NCBI GenBank assembly: GCA_964573095.1
Contig: CAZNIK010000002.1
Span: 135,230 to 199,229 of the forward strand
Direction of reading: 5' to 3'
Source of the DNA: an uncultured Candidatus Saccharibacteria bacterium
GTDB taxonomy: Bacteria; Patescibacteriota; Saccharimonadia; Saccharimonadales; 2-12-FULL-41-12
Length of the DNA: 64,000 bases
Shown: in pieces, positions 26,337-36,200 of the stretch
Layout of the letters: each line of letters starts with the position of its first letter
How positions within the stretch are numbered: position 1 is the first letter of the stretch
Program-made: the position numbers and the translations under genes
The notes under the pieces: model-generated
What the model was told of the DNA's origin: nothing
The model's input: the letters and a program-made list of their open reading frames with translations, nothing else
Databases searched by the model: none

Positions 26337-26976
26337 AAAAAGATTGGTCTTAGTGTCGGTGGTGTTAGTTATGATTGTTGTCGCGCTTATCGGTGTCCGG
26401 AGCTATCAAAGTTCATTCGGCGTTCTTCGTGTGTCCTCAGACGATGGTTTTGAGCTTCGTTTGTTTGCGCTTGACAAGACTGGCCAAAGGAAAGAGTCAA
26501 ACAATGAGGCTGTTCGTACCATTAGCTCTCCTGGAAACTATAAATTAAAAAAGGGGGAATATTCCTACAAAATAAGTGGTGGCCTCGAATATGAGCCTCA
26601 AGAAGGACAGCTAACACTTGATGGGGTTGACGACATAAAAGTTGAGCTGCCCCTTACCCCCCAGCAATTAGCAGAAATCAAAGAGAAGGAGCAGAGCAAG
26701 GTAGTTGCTGCGCTGAACCAAAAGTACCCTACACAAATGAGAGACTATGTGTTTAGCGAGGGTCGTGTATTTGGACGAGGAGGTTGGTATTTTGGCGTGC
26801 TTACTCCAAAAGCACCAGAAAAGCAGGACGCCCTGGTTGTAATTCTTCAAAACAAAAATGGTTCTTGGGAAGTTGTGACCGATCCCCCAAACATAGTGAT
26901 AAGCAAATCTGTTTATCCAAACATTCCCGAGGAAGTGTTTAACTACATTTCGAGTCGATTTACTGGAGAGGAATAA
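26329..26976 (+). CDS. bitopic membrane protein, hypothetical (size and topology compatible with a VirB8-like component)
   Basis: The ORF-track start is 26293. GTG 26329 sits 6 nt after SD AAGGAG (26317-26322), and ATG 26323 is the alternative. The TM helix is LVLVSVVLVMIVVALIGV, followed by a ~190-aa ectodomain. The 3' end overlaps recF by 17 bp. Confidence 0.4.
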   Translation: MNKKRLVLVSVVLVMIVVALIGVRSYQSSFGVLRVSSDDGFELRLFALDKTGQRKESNNEAVRTISSPGNYKLKKGEYSYKISGGLEYEPQEGQLTLDGVDDIKVELPLTPQQLAEIKEKEQSKVVAALNQKYPTQMRDYVFSEGRVFGRGGWYFGVLTPKAPEKQDALVVILQNKNGSWEVVTDPPNIVISKSVYPNIPEEVFNYISSRFTGEE

Positions 26977-28021
26977 TCTTTGTTTTTTGTGTGAAGCTTT
27001 TGACCACCACATCGGCGTCTGTGGTGGTGATAAGTGTTTGGTAGCGACTAAGGTGCCCGGTGAGCGCGCGTCGGCGGGCACCGTCTAGCTCACTAAAAAC
27101 ATCATCGAGAAGGAGCAGGGGTCTTTTAGAAGTGTATTTTTCTAAAAGTTCTAGCTCTATCACTTTGAGCGCCAGCAACACCGTTCTTACTTCTCCGCGT
27201 GACGCTTGGTGTACTGCCAGTTTTTCGCCAAAATAGACTAATAAATCATCTCTGTGCGGGCCGCTGCCCGTAAAACCGCGCGCAAAATCAATCTCTTGAG
27301 TCTTTTGAAGTTGCTTCAAAAGAGCTGTTTCATAGTTTTTAGTGGGGGTGTTTGTGTGGTACTCCAGCCTAATATCCCTTTTTTGACCGGCAATTTTGTT
27401 GTAGGTATGAGCAATTTCTTGATTTAGCGTGGCAATAAAACTAACGCGCTTTGCAATAATTTGAGACGCCGCCTCACATAACTTGAGATCCCAAACAAAA
27501 ATCTGGTCTTTTGCAAGCTCTCCTTTTTTTAAAAGTGCGTTTCTTTGAGCCAGTATTCGGCGATATTTTGCGAGCAATCCTTCGTAGCCCATCTCGTATT
27601 TTGCTACAACCCTATCAATATACTCTCTTCTTTTGTTTGGCTCTGCCAGCAATAAAAATAGGTCGTTTGGCTCGAACAACACAACTGGGTGTTTTTGGGT
27701 TAACGGCAGTCTTTTATAGATTTTGTCGTCAATCTGGTGGGTTTTGTGTGTTTTTTCATTAAGTGCTGTTTGTAGTTTAACGGTTCTGGTTTGGTTTGTG
27801 TTGGTGTGTGCGTCAATTCTTGCCCATTTTTTGCCGTATGCAACCAGTGCCTCATCTTTCGCTCGATACGAAGAGCTCCCTGCGGACATCATCAACGCCT
27901 CTAGAAGGTTGGTTTTGCCGGCTGCGTTTGGGCCAACAATGATATTAACACCTTCTCCCAAGTCAAAAGATGCGTCCTCATAAGATCGGTATTGTTGCAC
28001 CCGTATATCTGTAAAAATCAT
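26960..28021 (-). CDS. recF: DNA replication/repair protein RecF
   Basis: N-terminus MIFTDIRVQQYRSYEDASFDLGEGVNIIVGPNAAGKTNLLEAL (Walker A) and a C-terminal LLLLDDVFSELD signature. Conserved dnaA-dnaN-recF order. Confidence 0.9.
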   Translation of the reverse strand: MIFTDIRVQQYRSYEDASFDLGEGVNIIVGPNAAGKTNLLEALMMSAGSSSYRAKDEALVAYGKKWARIDAHTNTNQTRTVKLQTALNEKTHKTHQIDDKIYKRLPLTQKHPVVLFEPNDLFLLLAEPNKRREYIDRVVAKYEMGYEGLLAKYRRILAQRNALLKKGELAKDQIFVWDLKLCEAASQIIAKRVSFIATLNQEIAHTYNKIAGQKRDIRLEYHTNTPTKNYETALLKQLQKTQEIDFARGFTGSGPHRDDLLVYFGEKLAVHQASRGEVRTVLLALKVIELELLEKYTSKRPLLLLDDVFSELDGARRRALTGHLSRYQTLITTTDADVVVKSFTQKTKIIPLQ

Positions 28022-28045
28022 CTATTGGTATTATGCCACGATCGG

Positions 28046-29137
28046 CTAGCTCTTGAGCGGCATGATGATGTGTGTATAATCGGGGTTCTTTGTGCCCTTA
28101 ATAACACATGGTTCTAGTTTGCCGTTGAAAGATATCGAAACCTCGTTGTCGCCTATGACCGCAAGCGCATCCAAAATATACCTCGAGTTAAGCGTAATTG
28201 CTCCCTCTCCCACAATTTGTGCCTCTGCAGTCGCGATGTTTTCTCCAAGCTGTGATGCAACCGAGCGTATTCCGATTTGATTTTTGGTAGGATCCACTTC
28301 TAATGTTACGCTGCCGGCACTTTCTCTTGCAAACAAGCTTGAGACTTTTGTGATGTTTGCGAGCTCCGTGCGCGGCAAGATAGCACTTACTGCAAATTTT
28401 GTTGGAATTAGTTTTTTATAATCTGGGTATTTTCCATCAATTAGTCTCGTTACCAGTTCGACATCACCCACCTTAAACAGCACCTGTTGGTCGTCGTGCG
28501 TTACCTCTATCTCTTCCTCGCTGTCACCAATAATTCGAAGCAAGTCTTGTAGGGCAGTAGCAGGAATAAGTAAGCTTATGTCGTTTTTTATAGGTGCTAC
28601 TTTCTTCTCGGCGAGCCGATAGCTGTCAGTTGATACGAGGAATAGATCGCCTTGATTAGTGTGTAAAAAAACTGCGGTAAGCACTGGTCTTGCCTCGTCG
28701 CCGCTGGCTGCTACCACCACCTGCTGGATTGCTTTCTTTAGTTTCGATGAAGAAATTTTCCACTTATTGCCGTTGTTAATTTTGGGCATCACTGGGTACT
28801 CGTCCGGTGGGGTTCCGTTGATTGTGGAGTCATATTTTTCGGTTTTTATATGAAGTTTTGTGTCTTCAACCACCACATCAATTACCCCACTCGGAAGACT
28901 TGCTACGAAGTCTTGCATTAATCTTGCAGGTACCGTTATTGAGCCTTCCTCTTTTACTTTTGAGCCAATGTAGTTTGTGATTGCAATATTTAGGTTTGTT
29001 GCCGCGACACACACTCGGTTGTCGGACGTTTTGATAAGTACATTTGAAAGGATGGGCAGCGCATTTCTCCCCGACGCAACGCGTGCAACGTTGTTTAGTG
29101 CACGATTTAGGTTTTCTTGAGTGACTTGTAGTTTCAT
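28046..29137 (-). CDS. dnaN: DNA polymerase III beta sliding clamp
   Basis: 363 aa starting MKLQVTQENLNRALNNVARVASGRNALPILSNVLIKT, located between dnaA and recF. Confidence 0.9.
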   Translation of the reverse strand: MKLQVTQENLNRALNNVARVASGRNALPILSNVLIKTSDNRVCVAATNLNIAITNYIGSKVKEEGSITVPARLMQDFVASLPSGVIDVVVEDTKLHIKTEKYDSTINGTPPDEYPVMPKINNGNKWKISSSKLKKAIQQVVVAASGDEARPVLTAVFLHTNQGDLFLVSTDSYRLAEKKVAPIKNDISLLIPATALQDLLRIIGDSEEEIEVTHDDQQVLFKVGDVELVTRLIDGKYPDYKKLIPTKFAVSAILPRTELANITKVSSLFARESAGSVTLEVDPTKNQIGIRSVASQLGENIATAEAQIVGEGAITLNSRYILDALAVIGDNEVSISFNGKLEPCVIKGTKNPDYTHIIMPLKS

Positions 29138-29213
29138 GTGGGTTTCCTTCCTAGATAATAATTAATAGTGTTTTATTTAGAAGAGTAGGTTTAGTAGAAG
29201 GGGTTGGGTAAAA

Positions 29214-29391
29214 AGTGGAAAAAATAGACACGAAAGAAGAAAAACACAGTTTTGGGTTGTGTAAAAACAAGTGCACGACGTGTGTGTAAAAAAGTAAAAC
29301 TAGCTGCTTTACCCACACCAATACACCCACAAAACCACGTTCTGTGAAAAACCCAAACTTTCTCCACACACCCACCTGGTAATTATCCCCA
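29214..29391. other. DnaA-box cluster (oriC part 1, dnaA-dnaN spacer)
   Basis: Boxes related to TGTGGATAA/TTATCCACA: agtggaaaa 29214, tgtgtaaaa 29258, tgtgtaaaa 29283, ctgtgaaaa 29342, ttctccaca 29360, ttatcccca 29383. Confidence 0.6.
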
Positions 29392-29406
29392 AGAACAACA
29401 CAGCCA

Positions 29407-30783
29407 CTACACATACAACCGCTCCTTAATGTCTGCAATTGCCATCCGCACTTCTTGGTCAAAAGCCTTTTCTTTCTCAATTTTTTCTACCGAATGAATA
29501 GCGGTGGTGTGGTCTTTGCGGCCCAACTCTCTCGCAATTTTAGGGAAACTTAAATGCAGCTCGCTCCTTAGGATGTACATGGCGATTTGTCTAGGCACAA
29601 CAATCTCTTTGTCCCTTTTTGGTCCCAGAATGTCTTCCATAGAAAGATGAAAATGCTTGGCGGTTTTTTCTATTACCTGGCGGGCGTTGAGGTGTTTGGG
29701 GCGAGACTTTGAGTTTCCGAGCAATGCCGAGGCAACCTCAACCGTTGGCTCTAAGCCCCGCATTTCACAGAATGCCAACAACTGGTTAAGTGCTCCCTCG
29801 AGCTCCCGGATATTGTTCTGGACATACCCCGCCAAATGCTCAACAACAGCATGCGGCAAACGAACCCTGTGCACGTGCGCTTTGGCTTGAATGATTGCAC
29901 ACCTTGTCTCAAAGTCCGGAGCCTGCATGTCAATCGCCATACCCCACTCAAAGCGCGACCGAAGGCGATCAGTAAGAGTGGGGATGTCCTTGGGTCGACT
30001 GTCGCTCGTGATAATAATTTGTTTATTGGCTTGATGTAGCGCATTGAAGGTGTGAAAAAACTCTTCCTGGGTTTTTTCTTTTCCGGCAATAAACTGGATA
30101 TCGTCAACAATCAACAAATCAGCGCTTCTGTAAAAGCCCGCAAAATCAGTGTTCTTCTTATACCTAATTGCATCGAGAAACTCTTGCACAAACTGTTCCG
30201 TCGAGACATATACAACATGGGAGCCCTTTCTGTTTTCGACCACCATATTGCCCACCGCTTGAATAAGGTGTGTTTTGCCAATCCCCACCCCGCCATACAA
30301 AAACAAAGGATTATACTTGGTTCCCGGATTGTTTGCGATCGCCTGGCACGCCGCGTGCGCCAACTCGTTGCCCGAGCCGACAATAAATGTCTCAAAGGTG
30401 TACTTTTCGTTCAAACCCTGCCGATAGGAGTGGGCAAGACTGCTGGTTGTATTGTTGGGCTTTTCGTTTTCCTCAGACACAGAAGGACCGGGTCGCAAAA
30501 TTACTGTTTCGTCTTCAACTTTTCTGTGCAAAGAAGAGGCGGGGAGAATTTTATACTCCAAGTCAATAGCCTCCACCCCGTTATTTTTTAGAGTTTGGGC
30601 CACCAGGTCGCTAAACTTTCGTTCGAGTTGCTGTTTTACGAAAACATTTGGCGCCCCCACCACCACATGGTTACCATCAATTTTTAACAATCGAGTATTT
30701 TTGAACCATGTCACATAATTGCCATGTGACACTCCTAGCTCAATTTCTCCAAGTACTGCTTGCCAAAGGCTTGCTGTATCCAT
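29407..30783 (-). CDS. dnaA: chromosomal replication initiator DnaA
   Basis: Walker A is GGVGIGKTHL and the C-terminal DNA-binding region is RKDHTTAIHSVEKIE. The ORF-track start is 30903, but ATG 30783 (MDTASLWQAVLGEIE...) fits the usual DnaA N-terminus. The start remains uncertain, with 30831 also possible. Confidence 0.9.
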   Translation of the reverse strand: MDTASLWQAVLGEIELGVSHGNYVTWFKNTRLLKIDGNHVVVGAPNVFVKQQLERKFSDLVAQTLKNNGVEAIDLEYKILPASSLHRKVEDETVILRPGPSVSEENEKPNNTTSSLAHSYRQGLNEKYTFETFIVGSGNELAHAACQAIANNPGTKYNPLFLYGGVGIGKTHLIQAVGNMVVENRKGSHVVYVSTEQFVQEFLDAIRYKKNTDFAGFYRSADLLIVDDIQFIAGKEKTQEEFFHTFNALHQANKQIIITSDSRPKDIPTLTDRLRSRFEWGMAIDMQAPDFETRCAIIQAKAHVHRVRLPHAVVEHLAGYVQNNIRELEGALNQLLAFCEMRGLEPTVEVASALLGNSKSRPKHLNARQVIEKTAKHFHLSMEDILGPKRDKEIVVPRQIAMYILRSELHLSFPKIARELGRKDHTTAIHSVEKIEKEKAFDQEVRMAIADIKERLYV

Positions 30784-30865
30784 GTGGTCTTTTGTCTTCC
30801 CCTTATGTTTTGAGCACACTTTTTTGCTCATTTCGGTACGTCCAACTATAACAAAAAAACCAAAG

Positions 30866-30991
30866 TTTTCCACAGCTACATACAAATTCACTACAAAATT
30901 CATTAAAACCTACCCAAACAGATAGATACTTATACACACAAACCCAACACATCTGTTAATGTGTGGAAAAAAGTTGGTGCAAGGTGGAAAA
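30866..30991. other. DnaA-box cluster (oriC part 2 / dnaA promoter region)
   Basis: ttttccaca 30866, ttatacaca 30930, tgtggaaaa 30962, ggtggaaaa 30983. An AT-rich stretch follows at 31011-31050. Confidence 0.55.
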
Positions 30992-31054
30992 CTTGCTAAG
31001 ATATGGGGGACTAATATTGTTAATTTAACGTAGATCAGCTAAAAATTGCGCGGT

Positions 31055-31084
31055 TTGACGACCGTGACACAACTGCCCTATAGT
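31055..31084 (+). promoter_or_regulatory. candidate rpmH promoter
   Basis: TTGACG (31055-31060)-N18-TATAGT (31079-31084), ~18 nt upstream of ATG 31102. Confidence 0.45.
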
Positions 31085-31101
31085 CTATAGAGAGAATACT
31101 T

Positions 31102-31239
31102 ATGCCAAAACGAACCCATCAACCCAAAACCAGGAAGCGCGCCAAAGTGCACGGATTTTTAAAGCGTATGTCGACGAAACCCGGCCGAAACGTCTTGCGC
31201 CGCCGTCGAAACAAGGGGCGCAAAGCTATCTCGGCTTAA
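31102..31239 (+). CDS. rpmH: 50S ribosomal protein L34
   Basis: 45 aa: [45 protein letters not shown]. It is below the ORF-track size cut-off. Conserved position before rnpA. Confidence 0.9.
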   Translation: MPKRTHQPKTRKRAKVHGFLKRMSTKPGRNVLRRRRNKGRKAISA

Positions 31240-31291
31240 AAATCACCACACAAAACTAGTCCCTTTTTTGTAATTCCTATACCCTAGTACT

Positions 31292-31651
31292 ATGATCTCG
31301 CGCCCTTTTCGGTTTCATGGCTACAACTCGCTGCGCCACGTATATAAAACTGGTTCAGTCCAGCGCACTGACCTAATGTCACTCCGATATTCACCGTCAA
31401 AAAGGACTAACTACCGACTGGCAGTAGTAGTCAGCAAGAAGGTGAGCAAAAAAGCTGTAGTGCGCAACCGAATCCGGCGCCGGATTTATGAAGCCACAAG
31501 GCGCCTACACAACGAAACAGGCCAAAACTGGTCACAGGACATAGTCATAACGGTGTTTGATGAAAAGGCTGCAACCATTGCAGCAACCAAACTGCAAGAA
31601 GTAATAGAAAAACTTCTACAAAAAGCCGACATACTATCGCGCTCACGCTAG
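31292..31651 (+). CDS. rnpA: ribonuclease P protein component
   Basis: 119 aa and basic, with the RNR motif region AVVRNRIRRRIYEA. It sits between rpmH and yidC. Confidence 0.85.
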   Translation: MISRPFRFHGYNSLRHVYKTGSVQRTDLMSLRYSPSKRTNYRLAVVVSKKVSKKAVVRNRIRRRIYEATRRLHNETGQNWSQDIVITVFDEKAATIAATKLQEVIEKLLQKADILSRSR

Positions 31652-31775
31652 TGTCAGCCGCAAGTGACGTGTTAGGCTATATACATAACACAAACACGCA
31701 AGCCTCGAGCCTATTTCGAGGCGAGGGGAGCGCAATCGCGCTTTCATTACGGTGGTCGTGTAAGAAGGAGAGCCC

Positions 31776-32699
31776 ATGTTTCAAACCTATGTTGAGCAAC
31801 CTGTTTTTAACCTCTTGGTGTCTATTTATGCACTAGTGCCGGGGTATGACCTCGGGCTCGCAATAATCTTATTCACGATTGTCATTCGGCTGGCGCTTTG
31901 GCCACTGGTTCGCAAGCAGCTTCATCACGCTCGAGCGATGCGCAAGCTCCAACCAGAACTAAAGAAGATCAAAAAAGCCGCCAAAGGAGATCGCCAAAAA
32001 GAGGCCCGCCTCCAAATGGAGCTCTATAAAGAGCACGAGGTACGACCATTCGCCACAATCGGCACTCTTATTGTGCAGATCCCGATCTTCATTGCCCTCT
32101 ATCAATCGGTGTTAAAGCTTATTAACAATCCCGACACACTGTACTCGTTTACCTATAGCTGGGTAAAAAACCTCCCTCACATTCAAGATTTAGCCAACGG
32201 AGTTGCACAGTTTGACCCGTACTTCTTGGGTCTTGTCGACCTAACCAAATACGGTTTTCAAAGAGGTGGAGGAATCTATTTTGGGGCACTGGTGCTGGCC
32301 GCTATCGCTGGGTTTACGCAGTACAAACAAAGCAAACTAATGTTGCAAGACCAAAAAGACGCCCGAAAACTATCAGTGATTCTCAAAGAGGCGTCATCTG
32401 GCAAGCAAACTGACCAAACCGAGATTGCCGGAGCTGTCACCCGAGGCATGGTGTACTTTTTGCCGTTTATTACCTTCATTTTTGCTATGAACGTACCCTC
32501 GGCTCTGTCGTTGTATCTAATCACAAGTTCTGGGGTGGGCTACTTACAACAGTGGTTAGTGCTCCGCCAAGATCAAGAAGAACTTCAAGAAATTGCTGAC
32601 GAGCCGACTGAAGAAGAAGCAAAGGTCAAAAAACCCAAAAAAGCAAAGAGCAAAGCCAAAAAATCTTCTCAATCGAAAAAGAGGAGGAAAAAACAATGA
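31776..32699 (+). CDS. yidC: membrane protein insertase YidC (short, Gram-positive-like form)
   Basis: SD AAGGAG precedes the start. It has the conserved LWPLVRKQ...MRKLQPELKKIKK segment, multiple TM helices and a Lys-rich tail. Confidence 0.85.
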   Translation: MFQTYVEQPVFNLLVSIYALVPGYDLGLAIILFTIVIRLALWPLVRKQLHHARAMRKLQPELKKIKKAAKGDRQKEARLQMELYKEHEVRPFATIGTLIVQIPIFIALYQSVLKLINNPDTLYSFTYSWVKNLPHIQDLANGVAQFDPYFLGLVDLTKYGFQRGGGIYFGALVLAAIAGFTQYKQSKLMLQDQKDARKLSVILKEASSGKQTDQTEIAGAVTRGMVYFLPFITFIFAMNVPSALSLYLITSSGVGYLQQWLVLRQDQEELQEIADEPTEEEAKVKKPKKAKSKAKKSSQSKKRRKKQ

Positions 32700-33190
32700 G
32701 TACAGATGACAGGGGTATGGAGGCCTCAATCTTGTTTGCCAAGAAATACCTCGAGGACCTATTATCGTTTTTTGGTCTTAACACAGACGTTCGTGCATCC
32801 AACAGCGAAGATGAAGTTATAGAACTCCACGTGCCCTCAACACACCTTAACGGCTTCTTGATTGGTCAAAGGGGCGAAACCATGCACGCTCTGCAATTCT
32901 TGGTTGGTAGCGCCCTAAAGAGTTCCGAGTACGAAATAACCAGGGTGAATGTTGACGTTGCGGAATATAAAAAACAACGCGCTGAGCGACTTGCTCAAAA
33001 AGCCCAGGAATGGATCAAACACGTCAAGGATTCGAGCGAAAAACTCGAATTAGAGCCGATGAACGCCGCAGACCGCAGAACAGTTCATAAGGTTGCCGGC
33101 GAACATGGTATCGTGACAGAATCTGTTGGAGAAGGGCGAGATCGCCACATTGTTCTAAAACCAATCGAAGACCTATCAGAAAAAAACTAA
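32696..33190 (+). CDS. jag: Jag/KhpB-type RNA-binding protein (KH + R3H)
   Basis: ATGA overlap with yidC. The R3H region is LEPMNAADRRTVHKVAGEHGIVTESVGEGRDRHIVL. Confidence 0.8.
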   Translation: MSTDDRGMEASILFAKKYLEDLLSFFGLNTDVRASNSEDEVIELHVPSTHLNGFLIGQRGETMHALQFLVGSALKSSEYEITRVNVDVAEYKKQRAERLAQKAQEWIKHVKDSSEKLELEPMNAADRRTVHKVAGEHGIVTESVGEGRDRHIVLKPIEDLSEKN

Positions 33191-33256
33191 CACAACATTT
33201 CTTGTTATTGAAGCAGTAGGCTATACTTTGCCCACAACCACAGAGAGGCACACCCT

Positions 33257-36200
33257 ATGCGCAGACTGTTTTTAAGAACGGCAGCCATTACAATCATTGC
33301 AATTGTAGGGTATTTTGTTTTTCATACACCACAAACAAAAATATCGGCCGAAACCGCGACCTGGACGATCGGGTCCATGCCAACACTAACGGTCGGTCAA
33401 CCCGTGTCTGGCCCCTTGCCACCACAATGCTCACCAACAGATATTACCTATCAATCATTCACAACTGCAGCGGGTGCTTTTTCGGCTATCCCAAGAGACG
33501 TCACAGTTTCGATGTGCGCCACCGCAAATTATATTGCCGACTACGCCTCTCCAGGTGCTGGAGTTACAAACTATGGCTACATAAAGCCAAAAACCAACTA
33601 TGCCTACAGAGTTGTAGATGAGCTCGAGCGGCCAACCGGACTTCTGCCAATCCCCAACAGCGGGAGGGCAATTTTTACTCAGTCAGACGGCAACATTAAT
33701 GGCGGAAGATCTATTCGCATACTTTCCAATCTCGCATCAAGCGGGACATTTGGTCCAGTCTATGGCTCAATCAACGAAATGGCCTACAAGCTAACAAGCC
33801 CTGGACAACCACTAAAAGACAGTGCCGGAAATATTATTCACATGATGGACGGGTATGCGTTTTCTCCCAACGGACGGTGGATGGTTATCGAAGCTGATAA
33901 TATTGGTCTTCTCAGAATAAATACCGAGACAAAACAGATGCAGCTTATTAACACAGAATATTACACCTACGGTGGCGGTTTTCGCCCAGTGCTTACGCTG
34001 GCAATTAGTGACGATGGCGAGAGCGTAATTCGCAGCGGAGTTGGCCTCAACAACACAGCAGTTTTTGATCTTTCAAACTGTCAGCCAACGGCATTTATCA
34101 AAGGATCAAGCGCCAACCAAGCCACAGGTTGCGTAAAAAGGAGTGTTCAAGACAATATCGTCGCTCAATTTAGTGGTTTTCGGGCGATGTATGGAATGAA
34201 CTATAGCGTCGAGGGCAAGAGTGTGAGTGGCAGGATCCAACGGACAGGCGCCCTTGGAGTTATTGAGAATTTTTCGATGACGTACTCGGTTGCAGGCTAT
34301 CAAGCTCCTCAAACAAGCTATCTTGCGCTTGGAGACAGTTTTAGTAGCGGAGAAGGAGCCTATGACTACGAGCCGGAAACAGACCAAAAAACCCCTGCAA
34401 ATTTTTGCCATACCAGCAAGAACAGCTATCCGTATCTCGCAGCAGCGTCACTGGGTATAACAAATTTTCACAGCGTGGCGTGTAGTGGCGCAAAAACTTT
34501 AAACTATCATGAGAAAAGCCAAGCGAGCAGCCTACTATCGGGAGAAGATTTTATTAGAAGTTGGGTACCAGGAGTTAAGCCACAAGTGGAGTATTTGAAG
34601 AGGGGTCGAATCAGTAACACCGTTACAATTTCCATGATTGGTAACGACATAGGTTTTGGCAACAAGCTCAGAAGATGTGTTCTGGTCTCGGATGCATGCT
34701 TTCATTTTCGAGAAGACAGAGAAGCGATCGCAAAAGAAGTCAATTTAAAGTTTGACAGCCTGGTTAATATGTACACAGACATAAAAACACAGTCAAACTC
34801 CGCAAAAGTTTATGTGTTGGGCTACCCAAATCTTTTTAGTGAGACCGAAAACTGCGAGCCAAATGCGCTAATGGAGCAAGAGGAGCGGGTTTTTTCCAGA
34901 GCGATGGTGAGTTATCTCAACACAACCATAAAGTCAGCTACCGAAAAAGCTGGCGTGCAATACATTGATGTTGAGCACACATTTAGCGGACAGCAATTAT
35001 GCGACCCGGGTCGGCCCAAAGCAGTCAATGGTTTTACGTGGGGAGACAGCGGACCGATAACGATCGGTCCTTACAGTGGCCCAGTCGGAAACGAAAGCTA
35101 TCATCCAAACAAACTCGGACAATATCTTTTTTCACAAGCACTGCTTGCACAATCACAGAACTTTACAAAACAAATGCCTACGCCAAACACCTCTGCAAAA
35201 CCACCTCTCGCCACGTCGGCTGCATATACAAGATTGGTCAATAATGCACCCAACGGAAGCACGATAAATCGAGGCATTTACTCTGAACTCGAAGGACTTG
35301 AGGTGCTAATAAAAAACAAAGCTACCCCAATACGACAAGCCGAAAAAGCGCTAAAAAGTAACAGCGTATACGAAGTTTGGATTAACTCGACTCCGACGAA
35401 GCTCGGAGACATCAATACTAACTCGGCAGGCGAGCTCGAAGGAGAGTTGGCAATACCTCAAGATATTTCTCCAGGTTTTCACACACTTCATATTTATGGA
35501 CAAGATGTTGCTGGCGAGAGTATTGACCTCTACAAAACCATTTATGTTGCCGAAACGGAGGACGACATAGATGGTGACGGCACCCCCAACGTCCAAGAAA
35601 AGTGCTTAGCAATCGGCCCAAGCAATATCGACGTAGATAGGGACGGCAGAGACGATGCTTGTGATGCAGAAATTGGCGATCCGCCATCAGATAACATACT
35701 CCCGCAGATAACCGGCGTGTTTAGCACGCAACCAAATGCTCTGGGGTGGCTTAACGCTCCAACCACAATTAACTGGTCGTCTATTGATCCCGAGCCGAGC
35801 AGTGGAACACCCACTCAACCCACAAGCACTGAAGTGAACAACGAGGGAGAATATGTCGTTACAAGCAGTTCGAGCTGTGACCCTCTCAATAACTGTGCAA
35901 CAGGCAGCATAAGTGTAAAGCTTGACAGCAGTCCCCCTATATTTGGCACTCCAGAGTGGACCCAGAACCCAAAAAGTACAAGTGGATCAACGAGGATTTC
36001 GATACCGGTTTTAGATTTACACTCTGGTGTAAACACAGCGGAATATTTTATTGGTGACAATGATCCAGGGCTGGGCAATGGCGCGACAATGCAACTTGAT
36101 GCGGGTGGCGCATACACTGAGTTTGGGAGAGATTTCCCAAGCGGTGTATTCAAAATAACCATGCGTGCAAAAGATTTTGCAGGAAACTGGAGCGAAAAAG

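Noticed and set aside
8087-26976. T4SS locus as an integrative conjugative element or plasmid remnant
   Set aside because: The window contains no integrase, relaxase, coupling protein, partition genes or flanking direct repeats. The only att-like repeat (4627-4815) encloses 135 bp and is 3 kb away. An ICE is not excluded, because sequence beyond the window was not seen, but it is not supported here.
29151-29480. 109-aa minus-strand ORF in the dnaN-dnaA spacer
   Set aside because: It lies over the DnaA-box cluster and the dnaA 3' end, and its translation is low-complexity. It is explained by AT-rich non-coding sequence lacking stops.
31651-31836. 61-aa ORF between rnpA and yidC as a possible YidD
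   Set aside because: It has no conserved Cys or CRF-PTCS-type YidD motif. It has a GTG start with no SD and overlaps the yidC start region. It is probably non-coding.
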